Of a DNA stretch of 64,000 nt, positions 19,784 through 29,688 are shown piece by piece. The stretch comes from Alphaproteobacteria bacterium. GTDB lineage: Bacteria > Pseudomonadota > Alphaproteobacteria > UBA828. Below the pieces are notes generated by a model that saw only the letters and a program-made list of their open reading frames with translations, was not told the origin of the DNA and did no database searches. Where the stretch lies: the NCBI GenBank assembly GCA_965214705.1, contig OZ243972.1, forward strand, positions 1,056,001-1,120,000, given 5' to 3'. Position numbers and translations under genes: made by a program. How positions within the stretch are numbered: position 1 is the first letter of the stretch; each line of letters begins with the position of its first letter.

Positions 19784-20929
19784 CTAAAGCGTGAGCCAGC
19801 GCTTGAGAGCAGCGCAGGCGCCCTCCACCTCTTCCGTCGCGCCAGCATAGGAGAAGCGGACGAAGGCACCGCCCCGCTTGGTGTCGAAGTCGATGCCGGG
19901 CGTCGCCGCCACCCCGCACTCAGCCAGCATGCGCTGGCAGAATTCCTCGCTGTCGTCGGTGAGTTCCGAGACATCGGCATAGGCGTAGAAGGCTCCGTCG
20001 CAGGGCGCGAGCGCGCCGAAGCCTGCGGCCGGAAGCGCCTCTTGGACGATGCTGCGGTTACGAGCGTAACGCGCCACGTTGGCCTCCAGCTCGTCCCGGC
20101 AGTCGAAGGCGGTGATTGCGGCCCGCTGCGAAAGCGCCGGCGGCGAGATGAAGAGGTTTTGCGTGAGCCGCTCCACCGCCCTGGCGAGGTCCTCGGGCAC
20201 CACCATCCAGCCGAGGCGCCAGCCGGTCATCGCGAAGTATTTCGAGAAGCCGTTGATCACGACCGCGCTCTCGGAGAACGCGGCGACGCTGGCCGCCGGT
20301 TCGCCATAGGTGATGCCGTGGTAGATCTCGTCCGAGATCACCCGAATCCCCCGGTCATTACAATATGCCGCCACAGCTTCGAGCGTGGGCCTGGGCACCA
20401 TGGTCCCGGTCGGATTAGACGGGCTGGCAACGATCAGGCCCCGGATCGGTTGCTCCAGCGCCTCCAGCATCGCCACGGTTGGTTGAAAGCGGGTCTCTGC
20501 CGTGGTCGGGAGTAGCACTAGATCGAGACCAAGCGCCTGCAGGGTGTTGCGGTAGGCGGGATAGCCGGGGTTGGCGAGCGCCACCCGGTCGCCCACGTCG
20601 AAGGCGGCGAGGAAGGCCAGAATGATCCCGGCCGAGCCCCCGGTCGTGACCACGATCCGCTCCACCGGCGGGGCGAAGCCGTAGCGCTCGCCGTAGAACG
20701 CGGCGATGCGCTCGCGCAGGGGCAGCACGCCGTCGGCCTCGGTGTAGCCGATCCTGTCGCCAGCCAAGGCCGCCTGCGCCGCTTCGAGCACCCGCTGCGG
20801 CGCGCCTGAGCCGGGTTCGCCGGTCTCCATGTGGAAGACCCGCGCGCCCGTTGCCGCACGCTCCGTCGCGGCCTTGAGGATTTCCATCGCGAAGAAGGGC
20901 GCGACCGCAGCGCGCTGGGATGCCGCCAT
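19784..20929 (-). CDS. PLP-dependent class I/II aminotransferase
   Basis: SPSNPTG, ISDEIYHG, NGFSKYFAMTGWRLGW, VRFSY. Confidence 0.92.
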   Translation of the reverse strand: MAASQRAAVAPFFAMEILKAATERAATGARVFHMETGEPGSGAPQRVLEAAQAALAGDRIGYTEADGVLPLRERIAAFYGERYGFAPPVERIVVTTGGSAGIILAFLAAFDVGDRVALANPGYPAYRNTLQALGLDLVLLPTTAETRFQPTVAMLEALEQPIRGLIVASPSNPTGTMVPRPTLEAVAAYCNDRGIRVISDEIYHGITYGEPAASVAAFSESAVVINGFSKYFAMTGWRLGWMVVPEDLARAVERLTQNLFISPPALSQRAAITAFDCRDELEANVARYARNRSIVQEALPAAGFGALAPCDGAFYAYADVSELTDDSEEFCQRMLAECGVAATPGIDFDTKRGGAFVRFSYAGATEEVEGACAALKRWLTL

Positions 20930-21026
20930 CACTATGCCTTAGTTCGAGCGGATAGCGGCGATGGGCGCCCATTGACGGTGGCGTCCAAGCAACATATCCA
21001 AACTCGTCATCCTTGGAGCGAAACCG

Positions 21027-22385
21027 TTGGTCATCCGTCTCGCACGCGCAGCGGCGCTCGCCTGCTTAGCGTTCTCACTTGTCCTGGCGGCAGCGGCGCC
21101 GGCGTGGCCGCAGGGCATGTCGCTGATCCGCGACGCCGAGATCGAAGATACCATCCGGGCCTATGCCGCGCCACTGCTGGAGGCTGCGGGCCTCGGCGAA
21201 GGCGCGGTCCGGCTGCACATCGTCAACGACTCCAATATCAACGCCTTCGTCGCCGGCGGCCCCAATCTTTTCCTGTCGAGCGGCATGCTGACCGCCGCGG
21301 AGGACCCCGGCGAGATCATCGGCGTGCTGGCGCACGAGATCGGCCACATCGCTGGCGGCCACCTGGTTCGCACGCGGGACGCGATGGAGAACGCTTCGGC
21401 CGAGATGATCCTGGCGACGGTGCTGGCGGCCGGCGCCATCATTGCCGGTGAAGGCGAGGTGGGAAGCGCCATCCTGAGTGGAGGTCAGGCGATCGCGCAG
21501 CAATCCTTCCTGCGCTACAGCCGCACGCAGGAGCAGAGCGCCGACCAGGCGGCCGTGCGCCTGCTGGAACGCACTGGGCAGTCGGCTGCGGGCCTCTTGC
21601 GCATCTTCCAGCGGCTCGAGGAGCGCGAGCGCCTCGCCATCACCGAGGTGAACAGCTACGCGCGCACCCACCCGCTCACCCGCGAGCGCATCCGCTTCAT
21701 CCGCGACCACGTGGAGGGGGAAGACCATGCCGCGGGCAGCGCCTCGGATACGCACGGCACCGCCCACCGCCGCATGGTGGCGAAGCTCAAGGGGTTCCTG
21801 GACCCGCCGGACGCGACCTTCCGCGCCTACCCGGACGAAGACGAGTCGACCGAAGCGCGCTACGCCCGCGCCATCGCGTACTATCGAATCCCGGACCTGG
21901 ACCGCGCCCTCGCAGCGCTCGACGCCTTGCTGGCTGACCATCCGGACGACCCCTGGTTCCACGAGCTCAAGGGACAGGTGCTTTTCGAGAATGGTCGCGT
22001 GAGCGAAGCAATCGCGCCTTACGAGCGTGCCGTGGCGCTCAGGGACGACGCCGGACTGCTACGCCTCGGCCTCGCGCGGGCGCAGATCGAGAGCGGCGAT
22101 GCCGCTTCGCTCGCAAGCGCGATAAAGAACCTGGAGGCGGCGACCCGGCTGGAGCCGAAATCGCCCCAGCATTGGTATCAACTGGGCATCGCGCGCGGCC
22201 GGGCGGGGAAACGCGCCGCTTCCTCCCTCGCCTTCGCCGAGGCAGCCTTTCTACGGGGCGATGTGGAACGAGCGCACTACCACGCGAGCGTCGCGGCGGA
22301 GGGCCTGCCAGAAGGCAGCGCGCGCTGGCTCCGAGCGGAGGATATCCGTAACGCCGCGGAGCAGGCCGCGAAGAAGAGGCGGTGA
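21027..22385 (+). CDS. M48 family metalloprotease with TPR repeats (BepA/YfgC-like)
   Basis: Signal peptide, INAFVAGG, AHEIGH, QEQSAD, THP, TPR-like C-terminus. Confidence 0.9.
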   Translation: MVIRLARAAALACLAFSLVLAAAAPAWPQGMSLIRDAEIEDTIRAYAAPLLEAAGLGEGAVRLHIVNDSNINAFVAGGPNLFLSSGMLTAAEDPGEIIGVLAHEIGHIAGGHLVRTRDAMENASAEMILATVLAAGAIIAGEGEVGSAILSGGQAIAQQSFLRYSRTQEQSADQAAVRLLERTGQSAAGLLRIFQRLEERERLAITEVNSYARTHPLTRERIRFIRDHVEGEDHAAGSASDTHGTAHRRMVAKLKGFLDPPDATFRAYPDEDESTEARYARAIAYYRIPDLDRALAALDALLADHPDDPWFHELKGQVLFENGRVSEAIAPYERAVALRDDAGLLRLGLARAQIESGDAASLASAIKNLEAATRLEPKSPQHWYQLGIARGRAGKRAASSLAFAEAAFLRGDVERAHYHASVAAEGLPEGSARWLRAEDIRNAAEQAAKKRR

Positions 22386-22398
22386 GCGCCGCGCGGCT

Positions 22399-22556
22399 TA
22401 GAGCGTTTCCGTCTTACGCGGAAACGCTCACGCCTTATTGTCGCCCACGGCAGCCGGCCTCCGGCCGGCGCCTGCGCGGGCGCGCCGCAGTAGCGGCGGG
22501 CCGCAGTCGCGGCCTGTCGCGCGTCCGTCAAAGTCGGACGCGCTCCTAAAGCTCTA
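22399..22556. repeat. 105-bp repeat copy 2 (22441-22545) inside a 158-bp unit bounded by TAGAGC/GCTCTA
   Basis: TAGAGC 22399-22404 and GCTCTA 22551-22556; extra hairpin GAGCGTTTCCG/CGGAAACGCTC. Confidence 0.85.
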
Positions 22557-23546
22557 AATGAGCCCGCCAAGCGGTGACGAGGGGTCGGCGTAGCGCTTCT
22601 TCGCCATGCGGCCGGCGAGATAGGCGAGCCGGCCGGCCTCCACCGCGTGACGCATGGCATGCGCCATCAGCACCGGATCCCTGGCACCGGCGATGGCGGT
22701 GTTCATCAGCACCCCGTCGCAGCCGAGCTCCATCGCCACAGCCGCGTCGGAGGCCGTACCAACGCCGGCATCGACCAGCACGGGCACACCGATGCGCTCG
22801 ACGATGATGCGGATGCCGACCGGGTTCTGCACCCCGAGCCCGGAGCCGATGGGCGCTGCCAGCGGCATGATCGCGGCGCAGCCCATATCCTCCAGCCGCT
22901 TGGCCATGATCGGATCGTCACTGCAATAGACCATGACCTCGAAGCCGTCCTTGATCAGGATCTCGGCGGCGCGGAGGGTCTCCGGCATGTTGGGGTAGAG
23001 CGTCTCCTGATCGCCGAGCACCTCGAGCTTGACCAGCGACCAGCCGCCGGCCTCGCGCGCGAGCCTCAGCGTGCGGACGGCGTCTTCACCGGTGAAGCAG
23101 CCGGCAGTGTTGGGCAGATAGGTGTAGCGCTTGGGATCGACGTAATCGATCAGCATCGGCGCATTGCGATCGGTGACGTTCACACGGCGCACAGCAACCG
23201 TGACGATCTCGGCGCCGGAGGCATCCAGCGCTGCGGCGGTCTGCTCGAAGTCGCGATACTTGCCGGTGCCGACGATCAGCCGCGAGCGGAAGCGCCGGCC
23301 GGCGACCTCCCAGCTGTCGTCGTCCGACGCTACCGGCACGGGGTCGGCACCGCCGCCGATGAAGTGCACGATCTCGAGCCGGTCGCCGGCGGCAACGGCC
23401 GTCTGGTCGTAAGCGCTCCGGGGCACAATTTCGAGATTGCGCTCCACCGCGATCTTGCGCGGGTCGAGGCCCAACCCCGTCACGATGCTGTGGACCGACT
23501 GGGGCTCCTCGAACTCGCGGAGCTCGCCGTTTATCTGCACCTGCAT
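22554..23546 (-). CDS. thiG: ThiS-ThiG fusion (sulfur carrier plus thiazole synthase)
   Basis: MQVQINGE...AVERN...[10 protein letters not shown] in frame with [31 protein letters not shown]. Confidence 0.93.
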   Translation of the reverse strand: MQVQINGELREFEEPQSVHSIVTGLGLDPRKIAVERNLEIVPRSAYDQTAVAAGDRLEIVHFIGGGADPVPVASDDDSWEVAGRRFRSRLIVGTGKYRDFEQTAAALDASGAEIVTVAVRRVNVTDRNAPMLIDYVDPKRYTYLPNTAGCFTGEDAVRTLRLAREAGGWSLVKLEVLGDQETLYPNMPETLRAAEILIKDGFEVMVYCSDDPIMAKRLEDMGCAAIMPLAAPIGSGLGVQNPVGIRIIVERIGVPVLVDAGVGTASDAAVAMELGCDGVLMNTAIAGARDPVLMAHAMRHAVEAGRLAYLAGRMAKKRYADPSSPLGGLI

Positions 23547-23724
23547 GGATGTGCGTTCCGTACGCGTGCCGTCATTTGCCGCAGCACTGCGGCCTCACTT
23601 GGAGTATTGGTGAGGACTATGGCGATTTCAACAGGGGACGGCGGCATCGAACGCGCGGATTGAAGCCCGAGTCCCGGCCGTGTTAGACCCGTTATGCGGG
23701 CGAGCATCACGACCCGGTGCGGCC

Positions 23725-24168
23725 ATGACTTACAATATCTTGATTTTGAACGGCCCCAACCTCAATATGCTGGGGTTGCGAGAACCTGAGATCTACGGGC
23801 ACCAGACCCTGGACGATATCCGTGCGCTGTGCGAGAGCCATGCGGAGGGCCACGGACTCGCGGTCGATTTCAGGCAGAGCAACCACGAGGGCGAGCTGAT
23901 TGACTGGATTCAGCAGGCGCCGAGGGCCCACGCCGGCATCATCCTCAATCCCGGCGGCTACACGCACACGTCGGTCGCCATCATGGACGCGCTGCGCGCC
24001 GTGGACCTGCCGGCCATCGAGCTGCATCTCTCGAACATCCACCGGCGCGAGCCCTTCCGCCGGCGCTCCTACGTGGCGCAGGTAGTGCAGGGTTCGATCT
24101 GCGGGTTCGGCGCCGATGGTTACCTGCTCGCGCTCGACGGGATGCGCGCGCTCTTGAAGGAGGAGTGA
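23725..24168 (+). CDS. aroQ: Type II 3-dehydroquinate dehydratase
   Basis: LNGPNLNMLGLREPEIYG, QSNHEG, HLSNIHRREPFR. Confidence 0.96.
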   Translation: MTYNILILNGPNLNMLGLREPEIYGHQTLDDIRALCESHAEGHGLAVDFRQSNHEGELIDWIQQAPRAHAGIILNPGGYTHTSVAIMDALRAVDLPAIELHLSNIHRREPFRRRSYVAQVVQGSICGFGADGYLLALDGMRALLKEE

Positions 24169-24172
24169 CGCG

Positions 24173-24673
24173 ATGGCAGTGAAACCTGTGCCGGATCCCC
24201 GGCCGGAGGAGCCGGAGCCAATGTTCGGACCCGACATCGAGCTGATCCGCGCGCTGGCGGCGGTGCTCGACGAGGCGAATCTCAGCGAGATCGAGATCGG
24301 CGAGGGCGAGAGCCGCATCCGCATCGCACGCCAAGCCACTGTGGCGGCGGCACCCGCGCCCGCTCCGCGCCCGGCAGCGGTCGAGCCCGTGCCCGCAGAG
24401 GAAGCGCCGCCCGCGCCGGTCGCCGACGACGCCTCCCACCCCGGCGCGGTGATCTCCCCGCTGGTCGGCGTGGTTTACGTTGCGTCCGAGCCGGGCGGGC
24501 GCCCATTCGTCACTGTCGGAGATGAGATCAGCGAGGGCGATACGCTCTTCATCGTCGAGGCGATGAAAACGATGAACCCGGTCCGCGCTCCCAGCGGCGG
24601 CCGTGTCACCCGAATTCTTGCCGAGAACGGCGCCCGGGTCGAGTATGGCGAGGTCTTGCTGATCCTCGAGTGA
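24173..24673 (+). CDS. accB: Biotin carboxyl carrier protein
   Basis: Pro/Ala linker, EAMKTM biotinylation motif. Confidence 0.95.
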   Translation: MAVKPVPDPRPEEPEPMFGPDIELIRALAAVLDEANLSEIEIGEGESRIRIARQATVAAAPAPAPRPAAVEPVPAEEAPPAPVADDASHPGAVISPLVGVVYVASEPGGRPFVTVGDEISEGDTLFIVEAMKTMNPVRAPSGGRVTRILAENGARVEYGEVLLILE

Positions 24674-24678
24674 GACCG

Positions 24679-26037
24679 ATGTTCGACAAGGTCCTGATCG
24701 CCAACCGGGGGGAGATCGCGGTCCGGATCATCCGTGCCTGCCGGGAGTTCGGCATCAAGACCGTGGCCGTCCACTCCACGGCGGACGCCGAGGCGATGCA
24801 CGCCAGGCTCGCCGATGAGTCGGTCTGCATCGGCCCGCCGGCGCCCAGGGAAAGCTACCTCAACATCCCGGCGATCATCGCCGCCGGCGAGATCACCAAC
24901 GCCAACGCCATTCACCCCGGTTACGGCTTCCTCTCCGAGAGTGCGGACTTCGCGACCATCGTCGAGGAGCACGGCTTCATCTTCATCGGCCCGAGCCCGA
25001 CACACATCTCGTTGATGGGCGACAAGATTCGCGCGAAGCAGACCGCGGCCGAGCTCGGCCTGCCGGTGGTGCCGGGCTCTGCCGACGCGCTGGAGGACGC
25101 CGCCTCGATCGCCGAGGCGGCGGACGAGATCGGCTATCCGGTGCTGATCAAGGCGGTGGCGGGCGGCGGCGGGCGCGGCATGAAGCGGGTCGACAGCCGC
25201 GAGGAGCTGGCGATGGCTGCCGCCACGGCACGCGCCGAGGCCGAGTCCGCCTTCGGCAACGATGCGCTCTATCTGGAGAAGCTGGTTGCTGCACCCCGCC
25301 ATATCGAGGTGCAGGTGCTGGCGGATCAGTTCGGCAGCGCGGTGCACCTGGGCGAGCGCGACTGCTCGCTGCAGCGCCGCCACCAGAAGGTACTGGAGGA
25401 GGCGCCCTCGCCGGCACTCGACGCGGAAGCGCGCGAGGAGATCGGCAGCCGAGTCAGCGCCGCAGTGCGCGAGCTTGGCTATCGCGGGGTCGGCACGCTG
25501 GAGTTCCTGTACGAGGACGGCGCGTTCTACTTCATGGAGATGAACACGCGCATCCAGGTGGAACACCCGGTGACAGAGATGATCACCGGGATCGACCTCG
25601 TGCAGGAGCAGATCAGGGTCGCGGCCGGCGAACCGCTGGCATTTGGCCAGGACGACATCCGCTTCGAGGGTCATTCCATCGAATGCCGAATCACGGCCGA
25701 GGATCCCGACACCTTCCGTCCCTCACCCGGCACCGTGAGCGGCTACCACACGCCGGGCGGGCCTGGCGTGCGCGTGGATTCCGCGCTCTATGACGGCTAC
25801 CGGATCCCACCCTATTACGACAGCCTCATCAGCAAGGTGATCGCACAGGCCGGCAGCCGAGAGGCCTGCCTGATGCGCCTACGACGGGCGCTGGAGGAGT
25901 ACGTCATCCAGGGTGTCTCGACCACGATCCCGCTGCACCTGCGCCTGCTTGCCAGCCAGGCATTCGCCGAGAGCGCCTACGACATCCACTGGTTCGAGCG
26001 CTTCGTGACGGAGACCGGCGCCGGCAACGACGCCTAG
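24679..26037 (+). CDS. accC: Biotin carboxylase
   Basis: MFDKVLIANRGEIA, HPGYGFLSE, GGGGRGM, EMNTRIQVEH. Confidence 0.97.
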   Translation: MFDKVLIANRGEIAVRIIRACREFGIKTVAVHSTADAEAMHARLADESVCIGPPAPRESYLNIPAIIAAGEITNANAIHPGYGFLSESADFATIVEEHGFIFIGPSPTHISLMGDKIRAKQTAAELGLPVVPGSADALEDAASIAEAADEIGYPVLIKAVAGGGGRGMKRVDSREELAMAAATARAEAESAFGNDALYLEKLVAAPRHIEVQVLADQFGSAVHLGERDCSLQRRHQKVLEEAPSPALDAEAREEIGSRVSAAVRELGYRGVGTLEFLYEDGAFYFMEMNTRIQVEHPVTEMITGIDLVQEQIRVAAGEPLAFGQDDIRFEGHSIECRITAEDPDTFRPSPGTVSGYHTPGGPGVRVDSALYDGYRIPPYYDSLISKVIAQAGSREACLMRLRRALEEYVIQGVSTTIPLHLRLLASQAFAESAYDIHWFERFVTETGAGNDA

Positions 26038-26047
26038 CGCGCGCACC

Positions 26048-26719
26048 ATGTCGACGGTCGAGCTCACGCCGGCGCTGATTCTCAGGGCCTACAGCTGCGG
26101 GCTCTTCCCCATGGCAGAGAGCAAGGCGGAGCGTGACGTCTTCTGGGTCGACCCGGAGACGCGTGGCGTGATTCCGCTCGACAGCTTTCACGTGCCACGC
26201 AGGCTCGCACGCACGGTTCGCGGCGGGCACTTTCGCATCACCGCGGACCGGGACTTCCCCCGCGTCGTGCGCGGCTGCGCACGGCGCACCCGCCGTCGGC
26301 CCGAATCATGGATCAACGGGCCCATCTTCGAGGCCTACTGCGCGCTGCACAGGCAGGGCCACGCCCACAGCGTGGAGACCTGGCGCGACGAAACGCTGGT
26401 GGGCGGTCTCTACGGCGTGGCGCTGGAGGCCGCGTTCTTCGGCGAGAGCATGTTCAGCGTCGAGCGAGACGCCAGCAAGGTCGCGCTCGTGCACCTGGTC
26501 GCCCGCCTCCGGGCCGGCGGCTTCACCCTGCTGGATACCCAGTTCGTCACCGGGCACTTGAGCCAGTTCGGCGCGGTCGAGGTGCCGCGGGCCAGCTATC
26601 TGGAACGGCTGGCGGAGGCTCTCAAGCAGCCCGCGAACTTTTATCCGGCGGGTTTTTCAGACGCGGCGCTGTCGGCCGCCGGCGTGGCCTCCGAGCAGGC
26701 GAGCACCCAGATGTCGTAG
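26048..26719 (+). CDS. aat: Leucyl/phenylalanyl-tRNA--protein transferase
   Basis: AYSCGLFPMA, AHSVETW, GGLYGV, FFGESMFS, LLDTQF. Confidence 0.95.
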   Translation: MSTVELTPALILRAYSCGLFPMAESKAERDVFWVDPETRGVIPLDSFHVPRRLARTVRGGHFRITADRDFPRVVRGCARRTRRRPESWINGPIFEAYCALHRQGHAHSVETWRDETLVGGLYGVALEAAFFGESMFSVERDASKVALVHLVARLRAGGFTLLDTQFVTGHLSQFGAVEVPRASYLERLAEALKQPANFYPAGFSDAALSAAGVASEQASTQMS

Positions 26720-27063
26720 ACCGGGTGCTCGAGCGCGGCGAGGCCCGGCGTCGACGAGAACATCCAGCCGGTATAGAGGCGGGTCGCGCGGCCCGCGTGG
26801 TCGATCTCGTCGATTTCGAGGAAGGCGGCATTCTCCGGCGGCTCCTCGGGCGGCGCCGCGTGACAGGCGCGCGCGACGATGCGGAGCGTCCCAAACTGCA
26901 CGGGCCGGTCAAGCGGCGCTTCCACCTCGGAGGTCCGTGCCACCACCTTGTCGAGCGCCTGCAGCACGGCGACCGAGCGGTCGGCTGCGATGGCGACGGC
27001 GCCATCGCCCCAGGCCGCGGCAAGCGCCGCGCCTGCAGCCAGAAGAAGAAACCCGCGCCGCAA
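26641..27063 (-). CDS. DUF2155 family exported protein
   Basis: Signal peptide, LQALDKV, GWMFSSTP, LEHPVYDIWV; follows mlaD. Confidence 0.85.
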   Translation of the reverse strand: MRRGFLLLAAGAALAAAWGDGAVAIAADRSVAVLQALDKVVARTSEVEAPLDRPVQFGTLRIVARACHAAPPEEPPENAAFLEIDEIDHAGRATRLYTGWMFSSTPGLAALEHPVYDIWVLACSEATPAADSAASEKPAG

Positions 27064-27504
27064 CTACTCGGTGCCGAAGGCGAACTTGCCGATCAGCTCC
27101 TCCAGTAGCAGGGAGGATTGGGTGTATGAGATGCGGCCGCCGTCCTTGATGAGGGCCTCTTCGGCGCCCGGCTGGAGGTCGATGAACTTGCCACCGAGCA
27201 GGCCGTCGCTGACCACCGCCGCAGTTGAATCTGTCGGCAGCTCCACCGACTCGTCGATGCTCATGCGGAGCACGGCGCGGAAGGTCTCAGGCTCAAGCTC
27301 GCGGTCGACCACCGTGCCGACCTTGATGCCGCCGATGCGCACATCGGAACCGTTGGTGATGCCGTCCACGCGGTTGAACGCCGCGCTCACCTCGTAGCCG
27401 CTGACCGTGGCGACGCCGCTCCTGGTATAGGCGAAGACGATGAAGCCGATGGCCACCGCCAGCACCACGGCGCCCAGCAGGGTCTCGACTAGGCTTCTCG
27501 ACAT
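27064..27504 (-). CDS. mlaD: MlaD (MCE domain) lipid asymmetry protein
   Basis: ETLLGAVVL TM, GSDVRIGGIKVG, GLLGGKFIDLQPG. Confidence 0.9.
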   Translation of the reverse strand: MSRSLVETLLGAVVLAVAIGFIVFAYTRSGVATVSGYEVSAAFNRVDGITNGSDVRIGGIKVGTVVDRELEPETFRAVLRMSIDESVELPTDSTAAVVSDGLLGGKFIDLQPGAEEALIKDGGRISYTQSSLLLEELIGKFAFGTE

Positions 27505-27623
27505 GGCGATCTCCTTCCCGGCCTCTGGGATGAGGATTGCGGCACTGCCCCGGCTTGGCGGGGCGGAGTCGAGTCGCATTCTGCCACAGCGCGCCCCGTA
27601 GCGGGTAACGGCATGGGAGGGAG

Positions 27624-28031
27624 CTAGCCCACGATCTCGCCTTCGACCATGGCGATCGCCTCGATCTCGATTTCGAGCTCGGGCAGCGCCAACGACGTGA
27701 TCTCGACGATGGTGTCGGCTGGGTATGGCGGCGTGAAGAACTTCTCCCGGAGCGCCACGATCTTGCCGAAGTTGCCCATGTCCTTGAGGTAGATGTTCAC
27801 CTTGACGATCTTCGCGAGGCTGGAGCCGCCGGCCTCCAGCACCGCAGCCAGGTTCTTGAAGGTCTGCTCGGCCTGGGCATCGAAATTGCCGACGCCGACG
27901 ATGGTGCCGTCGAGGTCGATGGCGGTCTGGCCGGAAACGAAGATCAGGTCGCCTACGCGGTAGGCCTGCGCCAGCTTGAAGGGCTCGTAGGGATCGGGGT
28001 CGGTCTTGATGCGAACGGCGTTCTCGACCAT
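27624..28031 (-). CDS. RidA/YjgF family protein
   Basis: IFVSGQ, QAEQTFKNL, IVKVNIYL, EIEIEAIA. Confidence 0.9.
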   Translation of the reverse strand: MVENAVRIKTDPDPYEPFKLAQAYRVGDLIFVSGQTAIDLDGTIVGVGNFDAQAEQTFKNLAAVLEAGGSSLAKIVKVNIYLKDMGNFGKIVALREKFFTPPYPADTIVEITSLALPELEIEIEAIAMVEGEIVG

Positions 28032-28138
28032 CGGTATCCTCCGTCGTGGGTGCTGTGACACGCCAGTCTCGCCCGCCGCCTCGCTTGATGCTAGGACGCG
28101 CCTTGCGGCGGCAACAGCACCAGCGGGAGGCTTGAGAC

Positions 28139-28936
28139 ATGAGCGACACGGTGTTGATCGAGCGGGCGGACGGCATCGCTCGGGTGACCCTCAACCGGCC
28201 GGAGGTGCTGAACGCGCTCAACGACGAGCTGTGCGACGCCCTGGTTGAGACCCTTGCACAGGTCGAGCGCGAGCCTGAGACCCGCGTCATGGTGCTGCAG
28301 GGTGCAGGCGGCTACTTCATGGCGGGCGGCGACCTGCAATCCTTCTACGGCCTGCTCGAACGGACGCCGGATGAGCGCAGGCGGCATTTCGAGACGATGA
28401 TCGACCGCGTGCACGCAATCATCCGGATCATGCGGCGGATGCCGCAGCCGATCATCGCCAAGATCGACGGCGCCGCCGGCGGCTTCGGGCTGAGCCTGGT
28501 TCTCGCGTGCGACCTCGCGATCAGCGCCGCCGACAGCATCTTCACCATGGCCTATTGCCGCATCGGCACCAGCCCCGACGGCTCCTCGACCTGGTTCCTG
28601 CCGCGCACGGTGGGCGCCAAGAAGGCGATGGAGCTCGCGCTGCTGGGCGATCGCTTCGGCGCGCGCGAGGCCGAGCGCCTCGGCATCGTCAACCGCGTCG
28701 TCTCGCCCAATCGGCTCGAGGAGGAGACCGAAGCGCTGGCCCGACGCCTTGCCGCCGGCCCCGCCCGCGCGTTAGCCAACACGAAGCGGCTGCTCCGCAA
28801 CTCGGGTCATGCCTCCCTCGAAGACCAGCTTCAGGCAGAGGCCGAGATGTTCGCGGACTGCGCCGCGAGCGCGGACTTCGCCGAAGGGGTCGCGGCCTTC
28901 GTCGAAAAGCGAAGACCAACTTTCACCGGGCGCTGA
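28139..28936 (+). CDS. Enoyl-CoA hydratase/isomerase (PaaG-like)
   Basis: LNRPEVLNAL, FMAGGDL, AGGFG, SPDGSSTWFL, EGVAAFVEKR. Confidence 0.9.
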   Translation: MSDTVLIERADGIARVTLNRPEVLNALNDELCDALVETLAQVEREPETRVMVLQGAGGYFMAGGDLQSFYGLLERTPDERRRHFETMIDRVHAIIRIMRRMPQPIIAKIDGAAGGFGLSLVLACDLAISAADSIFTMAYCRIGTSPDGSSTWFLPRTVGAKKAMELALLGDRFGAREAERLGIVNRVVSPNRLEEETEALARRLAAGPARALANTKRLLRNSGHASLEDQLQAEAEMFADCAASADFAEGVAAFVEKRRPTFTGR

Positions 28937-28939
28937 GCG

Positions 28940-29680
28940 ATGGGCGGGCGCCTCGCGGAGAAGACCGCGCTGATCACCGCAGCGGGGCAAGGCATCGGCC
29001 ACGCAACAGCTGTCGCGTTCCAGAAGGAGGGGGCGCGGCTCTGGGCCACCGACATCGACGAAGCCAAGCTCGCGGGTCTCGCCACGCTGGAAGGTGTCAC
29101 GTGCCGGGCGCTCGATGTTCGCGACGACGGCGCCGTGGCGGCGGCGGCCGAGGAGATCGGCGCCCTCGACGTGCTCTTCAACTGCGCAGGCCGCGTGCCA
29201 CACGGCACGCTGCTCGACTGCGAGCCGGCGGACTGGGAGGAGACGCTCGGCCTCAACGTGACCGCCATGTACCGGATGATCCGCGCCTTCCTGCCGGCGA
29301 TGCTGGCAAAGGGTGGCGGCTCGATCATCAACATGGCGTCGGTGGTGTCGTCGGTGAAGGCCGCGCCCGACCGCTGCGCCTACGGCGCCAGCAAGGCCGC
29401 CGTCATCGGCCTCACCAAGTCGGTCGCGCTGGACTACGCGGCGCAAGGAGTTCGCTGCAACGCGGTCTGCCCCGGCGCGGTCGATACTCCGTCGTTGGAA
29501 GAGCGCTTCAACGCGCGACCGGACCCGGAGGCGGCGCGCGCTGCCTTCATAACACGCGCCCCGCTGGGGCGGATGGGATCGCCGTCGGAGATCGCAGCGC
29601 TCTGCGTCTATCTCGGCTCGGGCGAATCCGCCTTCACCACCGGCCAGGCGCTGGTGGTCGACGGCGCCTGGGGGCTGTAG
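28940..29680 (+). CDS. SDR oxidoreductase (BDH2/2-keto-3-deoxyfuconate dehydrogenase-like)
   Basis: TAAGQGIG, FNCAG, YGASK, CPGAVDTPSL. Confidence 0.85.
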   Translation: MGGRLAEKTALITAAGQGIGHATAVAFQKEGARLWATDIDEAKLAGLATLEGVTCRALDVRDDGAVAAAAEEIGALDVLFNCAGRVPHGTLLDCEPADWEETLGLNVTAMYRMIRAFLPAMLAKGGGSIINMASVVSSVKAAPDRCAYGASKAAVIGLTKSVALDYAAQGVRCNAVCPGAVDTPSLEERFNARPDPEAARAAFITRAPLGRMGSPSEIAALCVYLGSGESAFTTGQALVVDGAWGL

Positions 29681-29688
29681 AAGTTATT

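Noticed and set aside
20970-21000. RpoH-like promoter (TTGACG...CATATC) before the M48 protease
   Set aside because: Plausible, but too degenerate to support by eye
23547-23724. TPP riboswitch upstream of thiSG
   Set aside because: No GCTGAGA / CTGAT...TAAT core visible on the minus strand
27064-28290. 408-aa ORF extending mlaD upstream
   Set aside because: The extension is a shadow frame over the RidA gene; the real start is ATG 27504 after an SD-like GGAAGGAG
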